Source: a virus (lineage: Duplodnaviria; Caudoviricetes). Taken from it: DNA of 64,000 nt. Under the pieces are notes generated by a model. That model was given only the letters and a program-made list of their open reading frames with translations. It made no database searches and was not told where the DNA came from. The position numbers and the translations under genes are program-made. The stretch covers positions 23,045 through 87,044 of IMG/VR virus record IMGVR_UViG_3300043464_001162. One strand, written 5' to 3'. Positions 8,543-19,736 of the stretch are shown here, piece after piece (within the stretch, counting starts at the first letter, position 1; every line of letters begins with the position of its first letter).

Positions 8543-11500
8543 ATGGCTGTTATAAAGAAAACCTTATTTCCAAAAAATTTAGAAAAGTTTGCAGTATTAG
8601 TAAACGATACACAGGCTGATAGTAAATATTTTAAAATAACAGAATTACCTGACACATTTACAGGTGGTAAGAATGCATTCTTAATAGCGGGTTCAGAATA
8701 TTTGGTTCCTGATACTAAAATACAAATTGAATTAAAAGACTCAGCTGGTAATGTAATTTATCACGAACCAGGTGAGGGTTTAATTTCATCATCGGTTAAT
8801 GGTGAGTCATTTATAACGGAATATTATGAAGGTGTTTCTAAGGTCGTTGCAGTATATGTTTATCCGGATACTGCATATGGCCCTTGTACACTTACTATAT
8901 TAGGTGAATTGAGTGAATACGAAGATGCAAATGGTCTTACACTTCCCGTACCTTTGGATTGGGAGAATAAGTATAATGTAAAATGGCAAAAGCAAATTGA
9001 TGTAAACCCATCTCTTGCAAATACCACTAAGATTAGATTTTATAAAAGACCAATTGCAAGTATTACCGAATTGTTAGAACCGGTTTATAGAATAGAAAGT
9101 GGTTCTAAGGTAAGTTCAGGAATAAATCAATCGTTTGCAAACATAAAAATTTCACAATTAGAAACATTTGCGGGAGATGTGAAAAGAGTAAAAGTATTTA
9201 GAACTTCGTTGGGTGATATATCCGATTTTAGTTTGATACAAGATATATTGGTTGAGTCAAAAGAATTATTAACTACATTTGCATTATCTGGAAGTGTTAT
9301 TGGAAATACAGGAACATTTACATCGGAAACCTTTAAAAACTTTTGGAATACCGGTTCATTGAATGTACAATTGTCAAATAGTAGAGTTGAAAATGGTATA
9401 AAGATGAATGGTAGCGGAAAATTAACATACACATCATCTTTAGATTTAAAAAGTGCAAATACATATGAATTAAATTTAGATGCATTTTATTCGGCATCCA
9501 CATCTAGTAATTTGGGGATATATTTAAGTTATGTTTCTCAATCTACAACATTTACAAGTAGTCTTGCAACATTAACAGGAACACAACCAACTAAAAATTT
9601 ATTAGACACTACTATACCATTTAAAATTGATAGAGATTATCCATCTGCAAGTTTATACTTTTCACAATCACAGGGTGAGTGGCATTTAGGAAATATTAGT
9701 TTACGATTATCACAAGATACTGCATTTTCTCCTGATGAGATTTCTTTTATAACTCCAATGCCTACGGTAATTGGTAATGAAGATTTTAATTTTAAGTTTG
9801 AATTTTTTGATGTTAATAATAACTATGTACCTGTATTTGTTACACAAAGTGCAAATTTTACAGGTGGTTCAAATACAATTACAAAATTATTAACTTTTGA
9901 GTCCGATAGAACTGCATTTAGATTTTCATCTGGGTCTTTTGCAAATCCACCAAATCAATCGGTAAGATTTAAAACTATAAGAACTAATTTTACAGGTTCC
10001 ATAACATATGCATCATCTGCATTTGATGTTGGTGGTAATTATATTCAACCATCAACTTACGCCGGTGCATATCCAGGTGCATTTGTATCTCAAAATGATA
10101 ATGGTGCACTTTTAAATATAGCCAGTTTTAGTGGAAGTGTTGCAAGTGTATTAGTTGGTTCAATTGTTTATACAGCATCATGTGAAGGATTTCAGGAATT
10201 TGAAACAATTTATAGATTTGAAGATGGGGATAATGCTCCGGGTGTATTCGTAACTGCAAATACAAATCAATTTATTTATAAAGCAACCGATTTATCTTTA
10301 AACCCAACAGGACAGGTTATTACAATAGAGGCTAAAAGAAAAAATTTGGCATCGGCAACTACACCTTTAACTGTAAATTCTGGAAGTGGTAAACCACCAT
10401 TAACATTGGTATCTACGAATGCAACCAATGGTGTGGATACTTATACGATATCTGGAACTTCATATCCATATTCAACTGGTGAGACAATTTATTCTATTTC
10501 TGGTTCCGACCAATTTGGTAATGTATTTTCCGATGCAATCAAAATAAGTCCTGTAAAAATATTGGATGGATTATCCGTATCTTTGACAAACGATAATGCA
10601 TCACTACCGGCACGTTCTACTGGATTTGTAGAAAGTGGTTCTTTCGTATTGAGTAGTGGTTCAGTTAGTGTTAAAGTTGGTAATGAAATTATAGCACATA
10701 GTAATGGATTAACTGCAAATAATAGATTTGATGTTATATCGGCTGTTGCAACAAATGTTCAAACTGGTTCATTGAATTATTCAACAACCGATTATTTCAT
10801 AACAAGATTAGATGCTGATAGTGGTTCTTTGAATTTGACTATACGATATAAAGATGGTGCAGGTGATACATCTGATACAACAAAATTAGTAACATATACT
10901 AAATCAAAAGTAGGAACTCCAAATGTTGTTGTCGCAGTATCTCCATCCGCACAATCAATATCTTCAAATTCACGAGGTAGCGGTTCTGCATCACCTACAA
11001 CTTTGACAATAACGGCATTGGAAGGTAATACTAGTCGTTTCACATCAATAGGTACTCCAACATATACAAACGGATTGGCAGGTACAGTTTCGACCAATAC
11101 CATAACATTTACATCAACGGCTTCTTCGATGTTTTCCGATACGGGTCAAGTAACAATACCTGTTAATTATACAGATAGTGAAGGAGTATCGGGTACTAAA
11201 AATATAATTGCAACTGTTTCAAAATCAAAAACGGCAGTTCCAAATGTAGTTATATCTGCAACTCCACAAGCACAATCGGTATTAGCAAATGCATCTGGTG
11301 TTCAAACTGGAATTTTGTCAAATGTGACAGTATCTGCATTAGAAGGAACTACGAGTAGATTCACATCTATGACTGCAACTTATACCGGATTTTCTACTAA
11401 CCCAACAATTAGTGGTGCAACATTAACAATGACATCTGCGGTAATGAATGCAGCTGAAGCATCTGCTACAATTGTTGTAACACATAGTGATAGTGAAGGT

Positions 11501-13093
11501 ACTACTGGTCAAACACAAACGATTGTAGTAAGATTTACAAAAGTGAATACGGGAGCTGCAGGGACACCTGGTTTGGATGGTGCAGATGGTGGTACAGGAC
11601 CAGGTGTAGTTTATAGAGGAGATTGGGCACCAAATACGGCATATTTTTCATCATCCGTTAGAATAGATGTTGTACGAGGTAGTAATTCACAATACTATTT
11701 AACAAAAGTAGGACACACATCTACTGCAGATGGTGCAGTGGATAAACCAATAACTGGTACATCATATTTAAATCAATGGAGTTCATTTGGTGCAACATTT
11801 AGTTCGGTTGCAACAGATATCCTTTTGGCACAAGATGCAACTATTACAAGAGGTTTAGTAATGGGAACATATGGTGTAAGTGATAAAGGATTTATTAGAA
11901 GTGCAAACGCAACTGCATTGATGGCCGGGAAAGGATATTACTTAGATACAACGGGTAGTATGAGATTTGGTGACCCGTCTGGTGCATATATTAAATTTAC
12001 TGAGTCCGAAGGTGTTACAATAGCAGGAAGTGTTTCAATTTCAGGAACTGCAACTATTGGTGGTACATCTGCAACAACCGTTAAAGATGGTGCTGCAGCA
12101 GGTGCAACTGCTCAACAAAATAATTCGAACAAAACTGCGGGTCAGGTTGGTGGTTGGAAAATAGATAGTGATTCAATATTTAGTGGAACAAAAGATACAT
12201 CTGGATATTCAACAGCAGGTATAACTTTATATAGTGGTGGTTCCATACATGCACCTCAATTCTACATTGATACATCAGGTAATGCATTTTTCAAAGGAGA
12301 TATTACGGGTGCAAGTGGTACATTTAGTGGAACATTAAGTGGTGCTACTATAACAGGTGGTACTATTAATATCGGCCCTAATAAATTTCAAGTAGATAGT
12401 AGTGGTAATGTTAGTATATCCGGTAATACTACCATAGGTGGAACTTTAAATTACTCTGGTCAAAATAATATCATAGGATATCACTATATAAATGGTGGTA
12501 CATGTACATCACCATCATTTTTTTTAGAACCTGGTTCGGATTTTAGATTTATTGACCAAAAAAATAGTAGTTTACTTGGTGCTATAAGAGGATATACTAT
12601 TGTAACAAATTGTGGAGTACCTGGATTAGAAACAACAAGTAGGACAATCGTAAGTATAGCAGAAAATGGGTTTTCGTGGGGTAAAATAAATGGAGATACA
12701 TGGGCAACATTAGATGGAACGGAATTGCGTGTTCTTGGTGATGTAGTTGCAAATACGTCCGATAAAAGATTAAAAACAAACATAATTAACATAGATTCAC
12801 CTTTGGAAAAATTATCTAAAATAAATGGTGTATACTTTAATTGGAACGAAACAGCTAAAGAACTAAATCAAAAAAATACAAATAAAAGAGAAGTTGGATT
12901 TATTGCACAAGAAGTTCAAGAGGTTATGCCTGAAATCGTTTCACTTGCACCATTTGATACAATAAATCATACCAACCAAAGTAAATCGGGTGAAAATTAT
13001 CTAACAATTCAATATGAAAAAATAGTTCCATTATTAGTGGAATCTATTAAAGAATTAAAAAAAGAAATCGAAGAATTAAAAAAGAATAAATAA
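8543..13093 (+). CDS. Long tail fibre/spike with C-terminal intramolecular chaperone (peptidase S74-like)
   Basis: S/T/G-rich beta repeats, short G-x-y segment (GAAGTPGLDGADG), SDKRLKTNI autocleavage motif, GFIAQEV, terminal coiled coil. Confidence 0.85.
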   Translation: MAVIKKTLFPKNLEKFAVLVNDTQADSKYFKITELPDTFTGGKNAFLIAGSEYLVPDTKIQIELKDSAGNVIYHEPGEGLISSSVNGESFITEYYEGVSKVVAVYVYPDTAYGPCTLTILGELSEYEDANGLTLPVPLDWENKYNVKWQKQIDVNPSLANTTKIRFYKRPIASITELLEPVYRIESGSKVSSGINQSFANIKISQLETFAGDVKRVKVFRTSLGDISDFSLIQDILVESKELLTTFALSGSVIGNTGTFTSETFKNFWNTGSLNVQLSNSRVENGIKMNGSGKLTYTSSLDLKSANTYELNLDAFYSASTSSNLGIYLSYVSQSTTFTSSLATLTGTQPTKNLLDTTIPFKIDRDYPSASLYFSQSQGEWHLGNISLRLSQDTAFSPDEISFITPMPTVIGNEDFNFKFEFFDVNNNYVPVFVTQSANFTGGSNTITKLLTFESDRTAFRFSSGSFANPPNQSVRFKTIRTNFTGSITYASSAFDVGGNYIQPSTYAGAYPGAFVSQNDNGALLNIASFSGSVASVLVGSIVYTASCEGFQEFETIYRFEDGDNAPGVFVTANTNQFIYKATDLSLNPTGQVITIEAKRKNLASATTPLTVNSGSGKPPLTLVSTNATNGVDTYTISGTSYPYSTGETIYSISGSDQFGNVFSDAIKISPVKILDGLSVSLTNDNASLPARSTGFVESGSFVLSSGSVSVKVGNEIIAHSNGLTANNRFDVISAVATNVQTGSLNYSTTDYFITRLDADSGSLNLTIRYKDGAGDTSDTTKLVTYTKSKVGTPNVVVAVSPSAQSISSNSRGSGSASPTTLTITALEGNTSRFTSIGTPTYTNGLAGTVSTNTITFTSTASSMFSDTGQVTIPVNYTDSEGVSGTKNIIATVSKSKTAVPNVVISATPQAQSVLANASGVQTGILSNVTVSALEGTTSRFTSMTATYTGFSTNPTISGATLTMTSAVMNAAEASATIVVTHSDSEGTTGQTQTIVVRFTKVNTGAAGTPGLDGADGGTGPGVVYRGDWAPNTAYFSSSVRIDVVRGSNSQYYLTKVGHTSTADGAVDKPITGTSYLNQWSSFGATFSSVATDILLAQDATITRGLVMGTYGVSDKGFIRSANATALMAGKGYYLDTTGSMRFGDPSGAYIKFTESEGVTIAGSVSISGTATIGGTSATTVKDGAAAGATAQQNNSNKTAGQVGGWKIDSDSIFSGTKDTSGYSTAGITLYSGGSIHAPQFYIDTSGNAFFKGDITGASGTFSGTLSGATITGGTINIGPNKFQVDSSGNVSISGNTTIGGTLNYSGQNNIIGYHYINGGTCTSPSFFLEPGSDFRFIDQKNSSLLGAIRGYTIVTNCGVPGLETTSRTIVSIAENGFSWGKINGDTWATLDGTELRVLGDVVANTSDKRLKTNIINIDSPLEKLSKINGVYFNWNETAKELNQKNTNKREVGFIAQEVQEVMPEIVSLAPFDTINHTNQSKSGENYLTIQYEKIVPLLVESIKELKKEIEELKKNK

Positions 13094-13094
13094 T

Positions 13095-13577
13095 ATGTAT
13101 ACAAATTTAATAGAAAACTTTCTAACAATAGAGGAGTGTAATTTTATAATAAATCAATATAAATTTAATTCACAACCAGTATTTAACTCAATAAATGTTA
13201 TAGAAAGAAGGTGTACGTTTGTAGAATCAATACAATTTGATATTGAAAATAAAATAATTAATAAATTAAATGAATTAGATATATTTGATAAACAATATAC
13301 TAATATACAATATTTTGTATTTAATTCTTATGATATTGACAATGAATTAGAATTACATCCAGATAGTAGTGAAGTTGCAAGAGGTGGAACTATTACTATT
13401 ATTATTCAATTAAATGAAGAGTATGATGGTGGTGATTTTTACTATTTACTAAATGATGTAGAAATTATGTTACCCAAAAAACAGGGAAGTATATTTATTT
13501 TTGATTCAAATATTTTACATGGAGTTAAAAAATTAACCGATGGAAAAAGATATTCATTAAATTGTTGGCCTAAATAA
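13095..13577 (+). CDS. 2OG-Fe(II) oxygenase (prolyl 4-hydroxylase-like)
   Basis: IENFLTIEEC start, HPD, LNEEYDGGDF, LHGV, RYSL motifs. Confidence 0.85.
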   Translation: MYTNLIENFLTIEECNFIINQYKFNSQPVFNSINVIERRCTFVESIQFDIENKIINKLNELDIFDKQYTNIQYFVFNSYDIDNELELHPDSSEVARGGTITIIIQLNEEYDGGDFYYLLNDVEIMLPKKQGSIFIFDSNILHGVKKLTDGKRYSLNCWPK

Positions 13578-13585
13578 AATAATAT

Positions 13586-14281
13586 ATGGCGTTACAAAGT
13601 ACCGGACCTATATCGATGTCACAAATTAAAGCTGAATTGGGTTCTACATCTAATATATTAAGAGTATATTCCGAAGCTGCTGGAAAAACTGCACCACATG
13701 GTATGAAAGAATTTTTAGGATATAGTAAACCCGGCCCTCCTCCTCCACCACCGCCTCCTCCGCCACCACCACCTCCACCGGCTCCGACATATTATTCATT
13801 TCCAGCTATTCGTAGTACAACAAGTGCACAGGATGCATGTGATTCATTAGGCCCTATTATCACTATTTATAGTACCTGTCAAACTTTGATTGCAAATTGT
13901 ATATTATATACATATTTTGATGCAGAACCAGAGCTATTAAGAACTGTTCTATCTGGTTGGTATTCAATAGGGGACAATTGGTATTATGTTAATAATAATT
14001 CAGGAACTATTAATAGTACAGGAACATGTGATGGTGGTACATCACCTGAATGTGAATGTTATAGGGTTACTAATGAGGGTGGACGTAACGATGGTGGTAT
14101 AACATTCACATATAATAGATGTTCGGATGGTATTTTAGACGAATTGACTGTTGGACCAGGGTCTTCTAGAACAGTATGTGTGCAAAATGGTACAGATATA
14201 AACTCTGATTCTGGATTAATGACAGTATCATCTTGTCCAGACCCATGTACTACAAATGGTGATTGTGTGGAGTGTGCATAA
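13586..14281 (+). CDS. Fibre-associated virion protein with 15-Pro tract and Cys-rich C-terminus
   Basis: MALQSTGPISMSQIKAELG N-terminus typical of fibre-tip proteins; P15 at 13736-13780; many Cys. Confidence 0.7.
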   Translation: MALQSTGPISMSQIKAELGSTSNILRVYSEAAGKTAPHGMKEFLGYSKPGPPPPPPPPPPPPPPPAPTYYSFPAIRSTTSAQDACDSLGPIITIYSTCQTLIANCILYTYFDAEPELLRTVLSGWYSIGDNWYYVNNNSGTINSTGTCDGGTSPECECYRVTNEGGRNDGGITFTYNRCSDGILDELTVGPGSSRTVCVQNGTDINSDSGLMTVSSCPDPCTTNGDCVECA

Positions 14282-14291
14282 TAAATAAATT

Positions 14292-14867
14292 ATGATTATA
14301 AAAGAAAATTTAATTTTTAAGTACGATAATATTATATCAAGTTTAGAGTGTGATACTATTTTTAATTACTATAAAAATAATCATAGTAATGGTATAAATG
14401 ATATTCATATTTTACCTTGGTTTGAAGAAAACACTTTGTATTGGAATCTTTTAAAAAATACCGAAATTAAAAATGAAATAGGTAAATGTAGAGAAATTAT
14501 AACAAATTTAATAAAAAAATCGTATGGTGTAAATGTATTCCCAAATGTTACCACATTAGTAATGTGGAAGGAAGGTAAATCAATGGCAATTCATAAAGAT
14601 AATGGATATGACAATGACAAACATATTTTACATATGAGAACCTTCACTGCAGTGATGTATATTAATGATGATTTTGAAGGAGGTGAAACTATAATAATGA
14701 AAGAAAACTCAAATGAAATAGAATATGAATGTACACCACAAAAAGGTTCAGTTTTAATATTTAAAAGTGATGAGAGTTGTTTGCATGGGGTAAAAATGAT
14801 TGAAAAAGGTGAAAGATTAACATTATCAATGTGGTTTACAATGGATAAACAATATTTAGAAAATTAA
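14292..14867 (+). CDS. 2OG-Fe(II) oxygenase (prolyl 4-hydroxylase-like)
   Basis: HKD, YINDDFEGGET, LHGV, RLTLSMWFT. Confidence 0.85.
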   Translation: MIIKENLIFKYDNIISSLECDTIFNYYKNNHSNGINDIHILPWFEENTLYWNLLKNTEIKNEIGKCREIITNLIKKSYGVNVFPNVTTLVMWKEGKSMAIHKDNGYDNDKHILHMRTFTAVMYINDDFEGGETIIMKENSNEIEYECTPQKGSVLIFKSDESCLHGVKMIEKGERLTLSMWFTMDKQYLEN

Positions 14868-14874
14868 ATAAGTT

Positions 14875-15849
14875 ATGATAGTTTTTATTACAACAGGTTA
14901 CGGAAAAAATATTATTGGTGGTGCCGATTTGTGGTGCAATAATTTTATAGAAAATATTTTACCATTAGTCAAAGAAGATTACAAAATCGTAATTGATGGT
15001 AGACCTTTAATTAAAGAATTTGGTGCAATCTACACTTACGAAAACGAAAAAGAAGTTGATAGGATATTAAAAGAATGTGATAAGATTATTTTCTTACACC
15101 ATTCTTACAAACCAAATCCTGTTATTAAAAACTATTTACACAAAACTTATCTTACATTTGTCCATGCTTTCATTCCTGATATGTTGGGATTAAATTCCGA
15201 TTATGAAAATTTAATGACAAAAGTAGATTGGGAATGGCAAAAAGAAATATTAGATAATTCCGATAACATAGTTTGGATAGGATATGAGAACGATACGATA
15301 CACAACGAATATCCAAAAACAAAAACAATTACAAATTATTACGAATGGAAACATGGTAAACCATTTACAGGCATTGTAAGTGATAAAATTGGATATGCTG
15401 CAAGATGTGAGACCAGAAAGAATGCACATTATTTAGATTACATTCCATCAATTATATTTTCAAACAAATATGATTATAAAAGAATGTTAGAAGGGTCAAA
15501 TACAAATTCCGACTATCATAGGTTTATGGAGTTTGATTACACATTTCATAATAAATTCTTTGAAGGAAACTTTCAAATATTTCATGGATGTTATACAAAA
15601 GAACCATTTGGTTATGCAATATTTGATGCAGTGGATAGTGGTAAGGTTCCAATTATACATACCGATTGGATGAAACATATTGATTACAAATATCGAGCAA
15701 ATTCTAAAGGAGAATTTCATCAAAGATATTTAGAATTACAAGAAGATAGTTTTGAAAAAGTAAATTTAGAATTTTGTAAATTAAGAGACGGACTAACAAA
15801 GTATACAAATAAACAAAATTGGATTAAAGAAATAATAGAAATAATATGA
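14875..15849 (+). CDS. GT-B (GT4-like) glycosyltransferase
   Basis: N-terminal GGAD, RK, and EPFGYAIFDA..G.VPI motif. Confidence 0.7.
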   Translation: MIVFITTGYGKNIIGGADLWCNNFIENILPLVKEDYKIVIDGRPLIKEFGAIYTYENEKEVDRILKECDKIIFLHHSYKPNPVIKNYLHKTYLTFVHAFIPDMLGLNSDYENLMTKVDWEWQKEILDNSDNIVWIGYENDTIHNEYPKTKTITNYYEWKHGKPFTGIVSDKIGYAARCETRKNAHYLDYIPSIIFSNKYDYKRMLEGSNTNSDYHRFMEFDYTFHNKFFEGNFQIFHGCYTKEPFGYAIFDAVDSGKVPIIHTDWMKHIDYKYRANSKGEFHQRYLELQEDSFEKVNLEFCKLRDGLTKYTNKQNWIKEIIEII

Positions 15850-17198
15850 AGTATCTAAACATATTGTGTAATAGTTTTGAATTGAATTGTTTATTTCCGG
15901 AAGCTGACTTAGTAAAATCGGAATATGTAAACAATTACTATAATACATTAACTATAAAATACGGAGATGATTTGATTGATATAAATCATTATTTAGATGA
16001 TATATTTTTGAAAATATCAAATTCAAAAAATTTAATTGATATTGATTCATATTATTTAAATCCACCAAATGATTTGACTATAATATGTGATAGAAAATTG
16101 TGGTATGAATTATATTTTCCATTGTTAAAAAACAATAAATCAGATTTCTATAAATTAGAACAAATATATGTTGAAAGAAATGTAGAAGTATTTTTTAATT
16201 TTGCAATATTAGAAGCTGTAAACTATGAAGATGAAGAAGAATACTTTTTATATGATTTTAAATTTAAACATATAAAAATATCAGATTATGAATTATTTAA
16301 AGATAAGAAAAATTTTTACTATGATTCTTTTTATTCATTGTTTCATTTATTAGCAGAAGGACAAATGATGCGAGTTTTATATCCAAATATGGCATACGCT
16401 TCTGCAGAATACCATATTGATTTTAAAACAATATTTTCAAAATTTAATATAAATAATAAATTACATAGGTCAAAGGTATACTCACATACTTGTTTAAAAC
16501 CAAGATACCATAGAATTAAATTTTTATTAGATGCAGATAAAAATAATGTTTTACATATTGGGGAAAACAATGTAAATGAAAGATTTATTGATGAATACAA
16601 TGTTGCAACCAAAGAGGATAAAATATATACAGATGGTACACAAAAACATAATAATAACCACAAAATATATTTTAATAAAGAATATTATCAAAAATTTTTA
16701 AAAATTATAGATAGAATAAATGTCACCAAAGATGACCATGATTTTTTATTTAATCATTTACGAAATTATTTTTTAAATGAAGAGTATAATAATTCTTATA
16801 TAGATGTGGTTGGTGAAACTCATGCAATATTTAATTTAAAGTATGGATTTTTTACTGAAAAGTCATTGAAGCCGATATTGGCCGAAAAGTTTTTTATGAT
16901 ATATGGTTCTAAAAAAGTATATGAAGAATATAAAAGAATTGGTATTGATTTATTTTTAGATGAATTTGAATTAAATGGAATTGAAGACAAAAATGAATTT
17001 GAACAAATAGATATGATAATAAAATCTTTAAAAAAATTAAACCAAAATAAATTAAAAAAATTATATATTGAAAAATATAAAATAATTAAACAAAACAAAG
17101 AAAAATTATTTAATCATTATTGTAAAATAATAAATGATGTAAATGGTTTACTTCTAAGAAATACAGTTTTAAAAAACAAAAAAAATAAATTAATATGA
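15846..17198 (+). CDS. Putative glycosyltransferase (remote GT10-like, ET..F.TEK..KP family)
   Basis: VVGET...FFTEKSLKPI motif shared with 29654 and 36599. Confidence 0.45.
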   Translation: MKYLNILCNSFELNCLFPEADLVKSEYVNNYYNTLTIKYGDDLIDINHYLDDIFLKISNSKNLIDIDSYYLNPPNDLTIICDRKLWYELYFPLLKNNKSDFYKLEQIYVERNVEVFFNFAILEAVNYEDEEEYFLYDFKFKHIKISDYELFKDKKNFYYDSFYSLFHLLAEGQMMRVLYPNMAYASAEYHIDFKTIFSKFNINNKLHRSKVYSHTCLKPRYHRIKFLLDADKNNVLHIGENNVNERFIDEYNVATKEDKIYTDGTQKHNNNHKIYFNKEYYQKFLKIIDRINVTKDDHDFLFNHLRNYFLNEEYNNSYIDVVGETHAIFNLKYGFFTEKSLKPILAEKFFMIYGSKKVYEEYKRIGIDLFLDEFELNGIEDKNEFEQIDMIIKSLKKLNQNKLKKLYIEKYKIIKQNKEKLFNHYCKIINDVNGLLLRNTVLKNKKNKLI

Positions 17199-18103
17199 TT
17201 TTAGTAAATGGGTGCTCTTTTTCAACACCATCTGACGTTGATGGTGCATGGGTTGCAGGGTTTTATAAAAATGGATTGAGTCCGTTTAAACATGGATTAC
17301 CCATTGATAGTTTCCAATATAATGTTGTAAGAAATGTATCTGCAGGAGGTACTTCAAATATGGCCATAAGAAGAAAAACTTTTTGGTATTTAAATGATTC
17401 GTATAATGTTCAAAAACCAGATTATGCAATAATTCAATGGTCTACAATTGATAGGTGGGATTATCCAGTTTTCGTAACAGAAGATAAAGCAAAAAATTAC
17501 CCTTTTATGGATATGTTTCCCGAAAGGATAAATAAGATAAATTATATGAACAATGGAACCGATGTATTTGGTTTTGCAAAAGATTTTTATGAAAAATATT
17601 ATTCATTATATGGTGCTGTATTAGAAACTTTAGAAAACATATATCACACTCAAAAATATTTAGAGGAAAGAAATATACCATATAAAATGATTACTATTGG
17701 TAATTTATTTGATATGGACACTAGTGTTGAAAAATTAAAAAATCTGCAAAAAAATCCAGATAAGTTGCAAATAGGCAATTATGCAAATTTAAAAACAAAT
17801 AATGGTATTTTTGAAAAATTAGAAGCTTTGGATGGTTCTTGGCATGAATTGAACATTTTGAATGCATTGATAGATAAGATAGATTTCACTAAATTTTTAT
17901 TTACAGATGATGTGAATATCCGCGGATTTGGTGGTGGTATTATAGAATGGTTTTTAAATAAAAATGAAATGTTAACAGGTGGTCGCTGGCATCCAGACGG
18001 AGAACAACATATGAGATTTTTTGATGAATTTTTATGGCCTAAAATAAAAGATGAAATAAATGCAATTACTAAACAAAACACTAATAAAAGATTACTTATC
18101 TAA
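17195..18103 (+). CDS. SGNH-hydrolase-like protein (GCSF variant)
   Basis: LVNGCSFS, GGTSN, IIQWS..DR, C-terminal HPD..H. Confidence 0.55.
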   Translation: MILVNGCSFSTPSDVDGAWVAGFYKNGLSPFKHGLPIDSFQYNVVRNVSAGGTSNMAIRRKTFWYLNDSYNVQKPDYAIIQWSTIDRWDYPVFVTEDKAKNYPFMDMFPERINKINYMNNGTDVFGFAKDFYEKYYSLYGAVLETLENIYHTQKYLEERNIPYKMITIGNLFDMDTSVEKLKNLQKNPDKLQIGNYANLKTNNGIFEKLEALDGSWHELNILNALIDKIDFTKFLFTDDVNIRGFGGGIIEWFLNKNEMLTGGRWHPDGEQHMRFFDEFLWPKIKDEINAITKQNTNKRLLI

Positions 18104-18818
18104 TAATCATATAATTGATGAAAATGGTAATACGATATTAGACCCTGTTAAATATCGTTGGTCACATGGTGCAACTGATTTACATTTGGGAGATGGACTT
18201 ATGATTTATTCTCTTATAATGTTCAATCGTGCCAAAGTTTGTGTCTGTATTGGTTCTGGAGGTGGGTTTATTCCACGTTTAATGACACAAGCTAGATGTG
18301 ACCTTTGGGAACAGGGAATATTTGAAGGAAATAACTCTCCAGAATGGGGTGACATAGGTACTACTATAATTGTAGATGCTGCTAATGGTATTGGTGGGTT
18401 TGTAGATTGGTCAAATGAAAATTCATTTTTAAGAAAACATTTTAATCCTCAAATTATTTTACAAACATCAGAAAAAGCTTATTACGATTATTTTATAAGA
18501 CAAGATATTAAAATAGATTATTTACATATTGACGGAGACCATTCATATGATGGTGTTAAACTGGATTTTGATTTATACTCAAAGATAATGTCTGAAAATG
18601 GTATTATAACTATACATGATACCGATGAAACTTATCATAAGACTTTTGTAGTAACTGAAAATTCAAAAGAAGATTTTGTTCCATTTGATGGCCCAACGAA
18701 ATTTATTAAAGAATTAGAAAAAAATGAGGAGTGGAATTTGGTAAATTTAAAAAATTTCCGTATGTTTGATAAAAAAGTTACAAGTACTGGTTTAGCACTG
18801 CTAACAAGAAAGCTTTAA
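18060..18818 (+). CDS. Class I SAM-dependent methyltransferase (Methyltransf_24-like)
   Basis: IGSGGG, LHIDGDHSYDGV..D, GIITIHD. Confidence 0.8.
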   Translation: MQLLNKTLIKDYLSNNHIIDENGNTILDPVKYRWSHGATDLHLGDGLMIYSLIMFNRAKVCVCIGSGGGFIPRLMTQARCDLWEQGIFEGNNSPEWGDIGTTIIVDAANGIGGFVDWSNENSFLRKHFNPQIILQTSEKAYYDYFIRQDIKIDYLHIDGDHSYDGVKLDFDLYSKIMSENGIITIHDTDETYHKTFVVTENSKEDFVPFDGPTKFIKELEKNEEWNLVNLKNFRMFDKKVTSTGLALLTRKL

Positions 18819-18839
18819 AAAAGATTAATAAAAAATTAA

Positions 18840-19688
18840 ATGAATAAAATAAGATTAGTTACTGTTACTGGCAGTAGGGTAGACACTTTGTGGCATATGC
18901 TGAATCATTATAAAGATTTGGTAGATGAAATGTATGTAGTAGTTTATGAGTGGGAAGGGTTTAGTTTATTTGATGAAGTTTCTAAAATTACAAAACAATT
19001 TGAGAATGCACATATTATAGAAAGAGTAACTAAAGAAAAATTCAATTGGGAATATGTTACTCAATTATACAATGAAACCAAAATGTTATTTCCTAACGAC
19101 TGGTGGGTAGTTTCGGATGATGATGAATTGCATATTTACTCAAAACCACTAAAAGAAATTATTTCAGCTTGTGATAGAAATGGTTGGGAATTGGTTAGAG
19201 GTGGTTTTATAGATAGAATTGGCCAAACGGGTAATTTTCCAAAAATAAATAAAAAAGAAAATATATTTGACCAATTTCCGGTTGCAGGTTTTTTTAGATA
19301 TCCAATGAGTGGTGCCTGTCCAAATAAAGTGTGTATAATGAAAGGTTATATTGAAATAACATCAGGACAACATTACGCAAAAATAGATGGACAAACTACA
19401 TGGAAATGGCAAGGCTGGAATCACCCACTAATCGCACCGGTAGATGAATACAATGTTCAAGTTCATCATTTCAAATGGGATTCCACTTGCATTAAAAGAA
19501 TTAAAGAAGTTGCAGATATTAAAAAAGATTATTCTTATTCAACTGAATATTTAAAAATGTATCAATCCTTAAGAAGTAATAATTTTGAAATAGATGTTAC
19601 CCAATGTGAATATATGTTTGAATATATTGGAAAAGAATTTGGGTATAAACAATGGAATAAATTATTTAAAAAAATTATTGCAATATAA
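18840..19688 (+). CDS. GT-A (GT2-like) glycosyltransferase
   Basis: HMLNHY, WWVVSDDDEL DxD motif, GQH, HHFKW. Confidence 0.7.
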   Translation: MNKIRLVTVTGSRVDTLWHMLNHYKDLVDEMYVVVYEWEGFSLFDEVSKITKQFENAHIIERVTKEKFNWEYVTQLYNETKMLFPNDWWVVSDDDELHIYSKPLKEIISACDRNGWELVRGGFIDRIGQTGNFPKINKKENIFDQFPVAGFFRYPMSGACPNKVCIMKGYIEITSGQHYAKIDGQTTWKWQGWNHPLIAPVDEYNVQVHHFKWDSTCIKRIKEVADIKKDYSYSTEYLKMYQSLRSNNFEIDVTQCEYMFEYIGKEFGYKQWNKLFKKIIAI

Positions 19689-19720
19689 TTTGGCAATACA
19701 AATAAAAAATCATATATTAC
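19689..19720 (+). promoter_or_regulatory. Bacteroidota-type promoter (TTTG-N20-TATATTAC)
   Basis: TTTG 19689-19692 and TATATTAC 19713-19720; same spacing as at 4158 and 44301. Confidence 0.45.
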
Positions 19721-19736
19721 TAAAAATAAATAAGTT

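Noticed and set aside
13095-15849. TET/JBP-type DNA hypermodification cassette
   Set aside because: The oxygenases look like short P4H-type enzymes, and no DNA methyltransferase or nucleotide hydroxymethylase is adjacent; downgraded, not excluded
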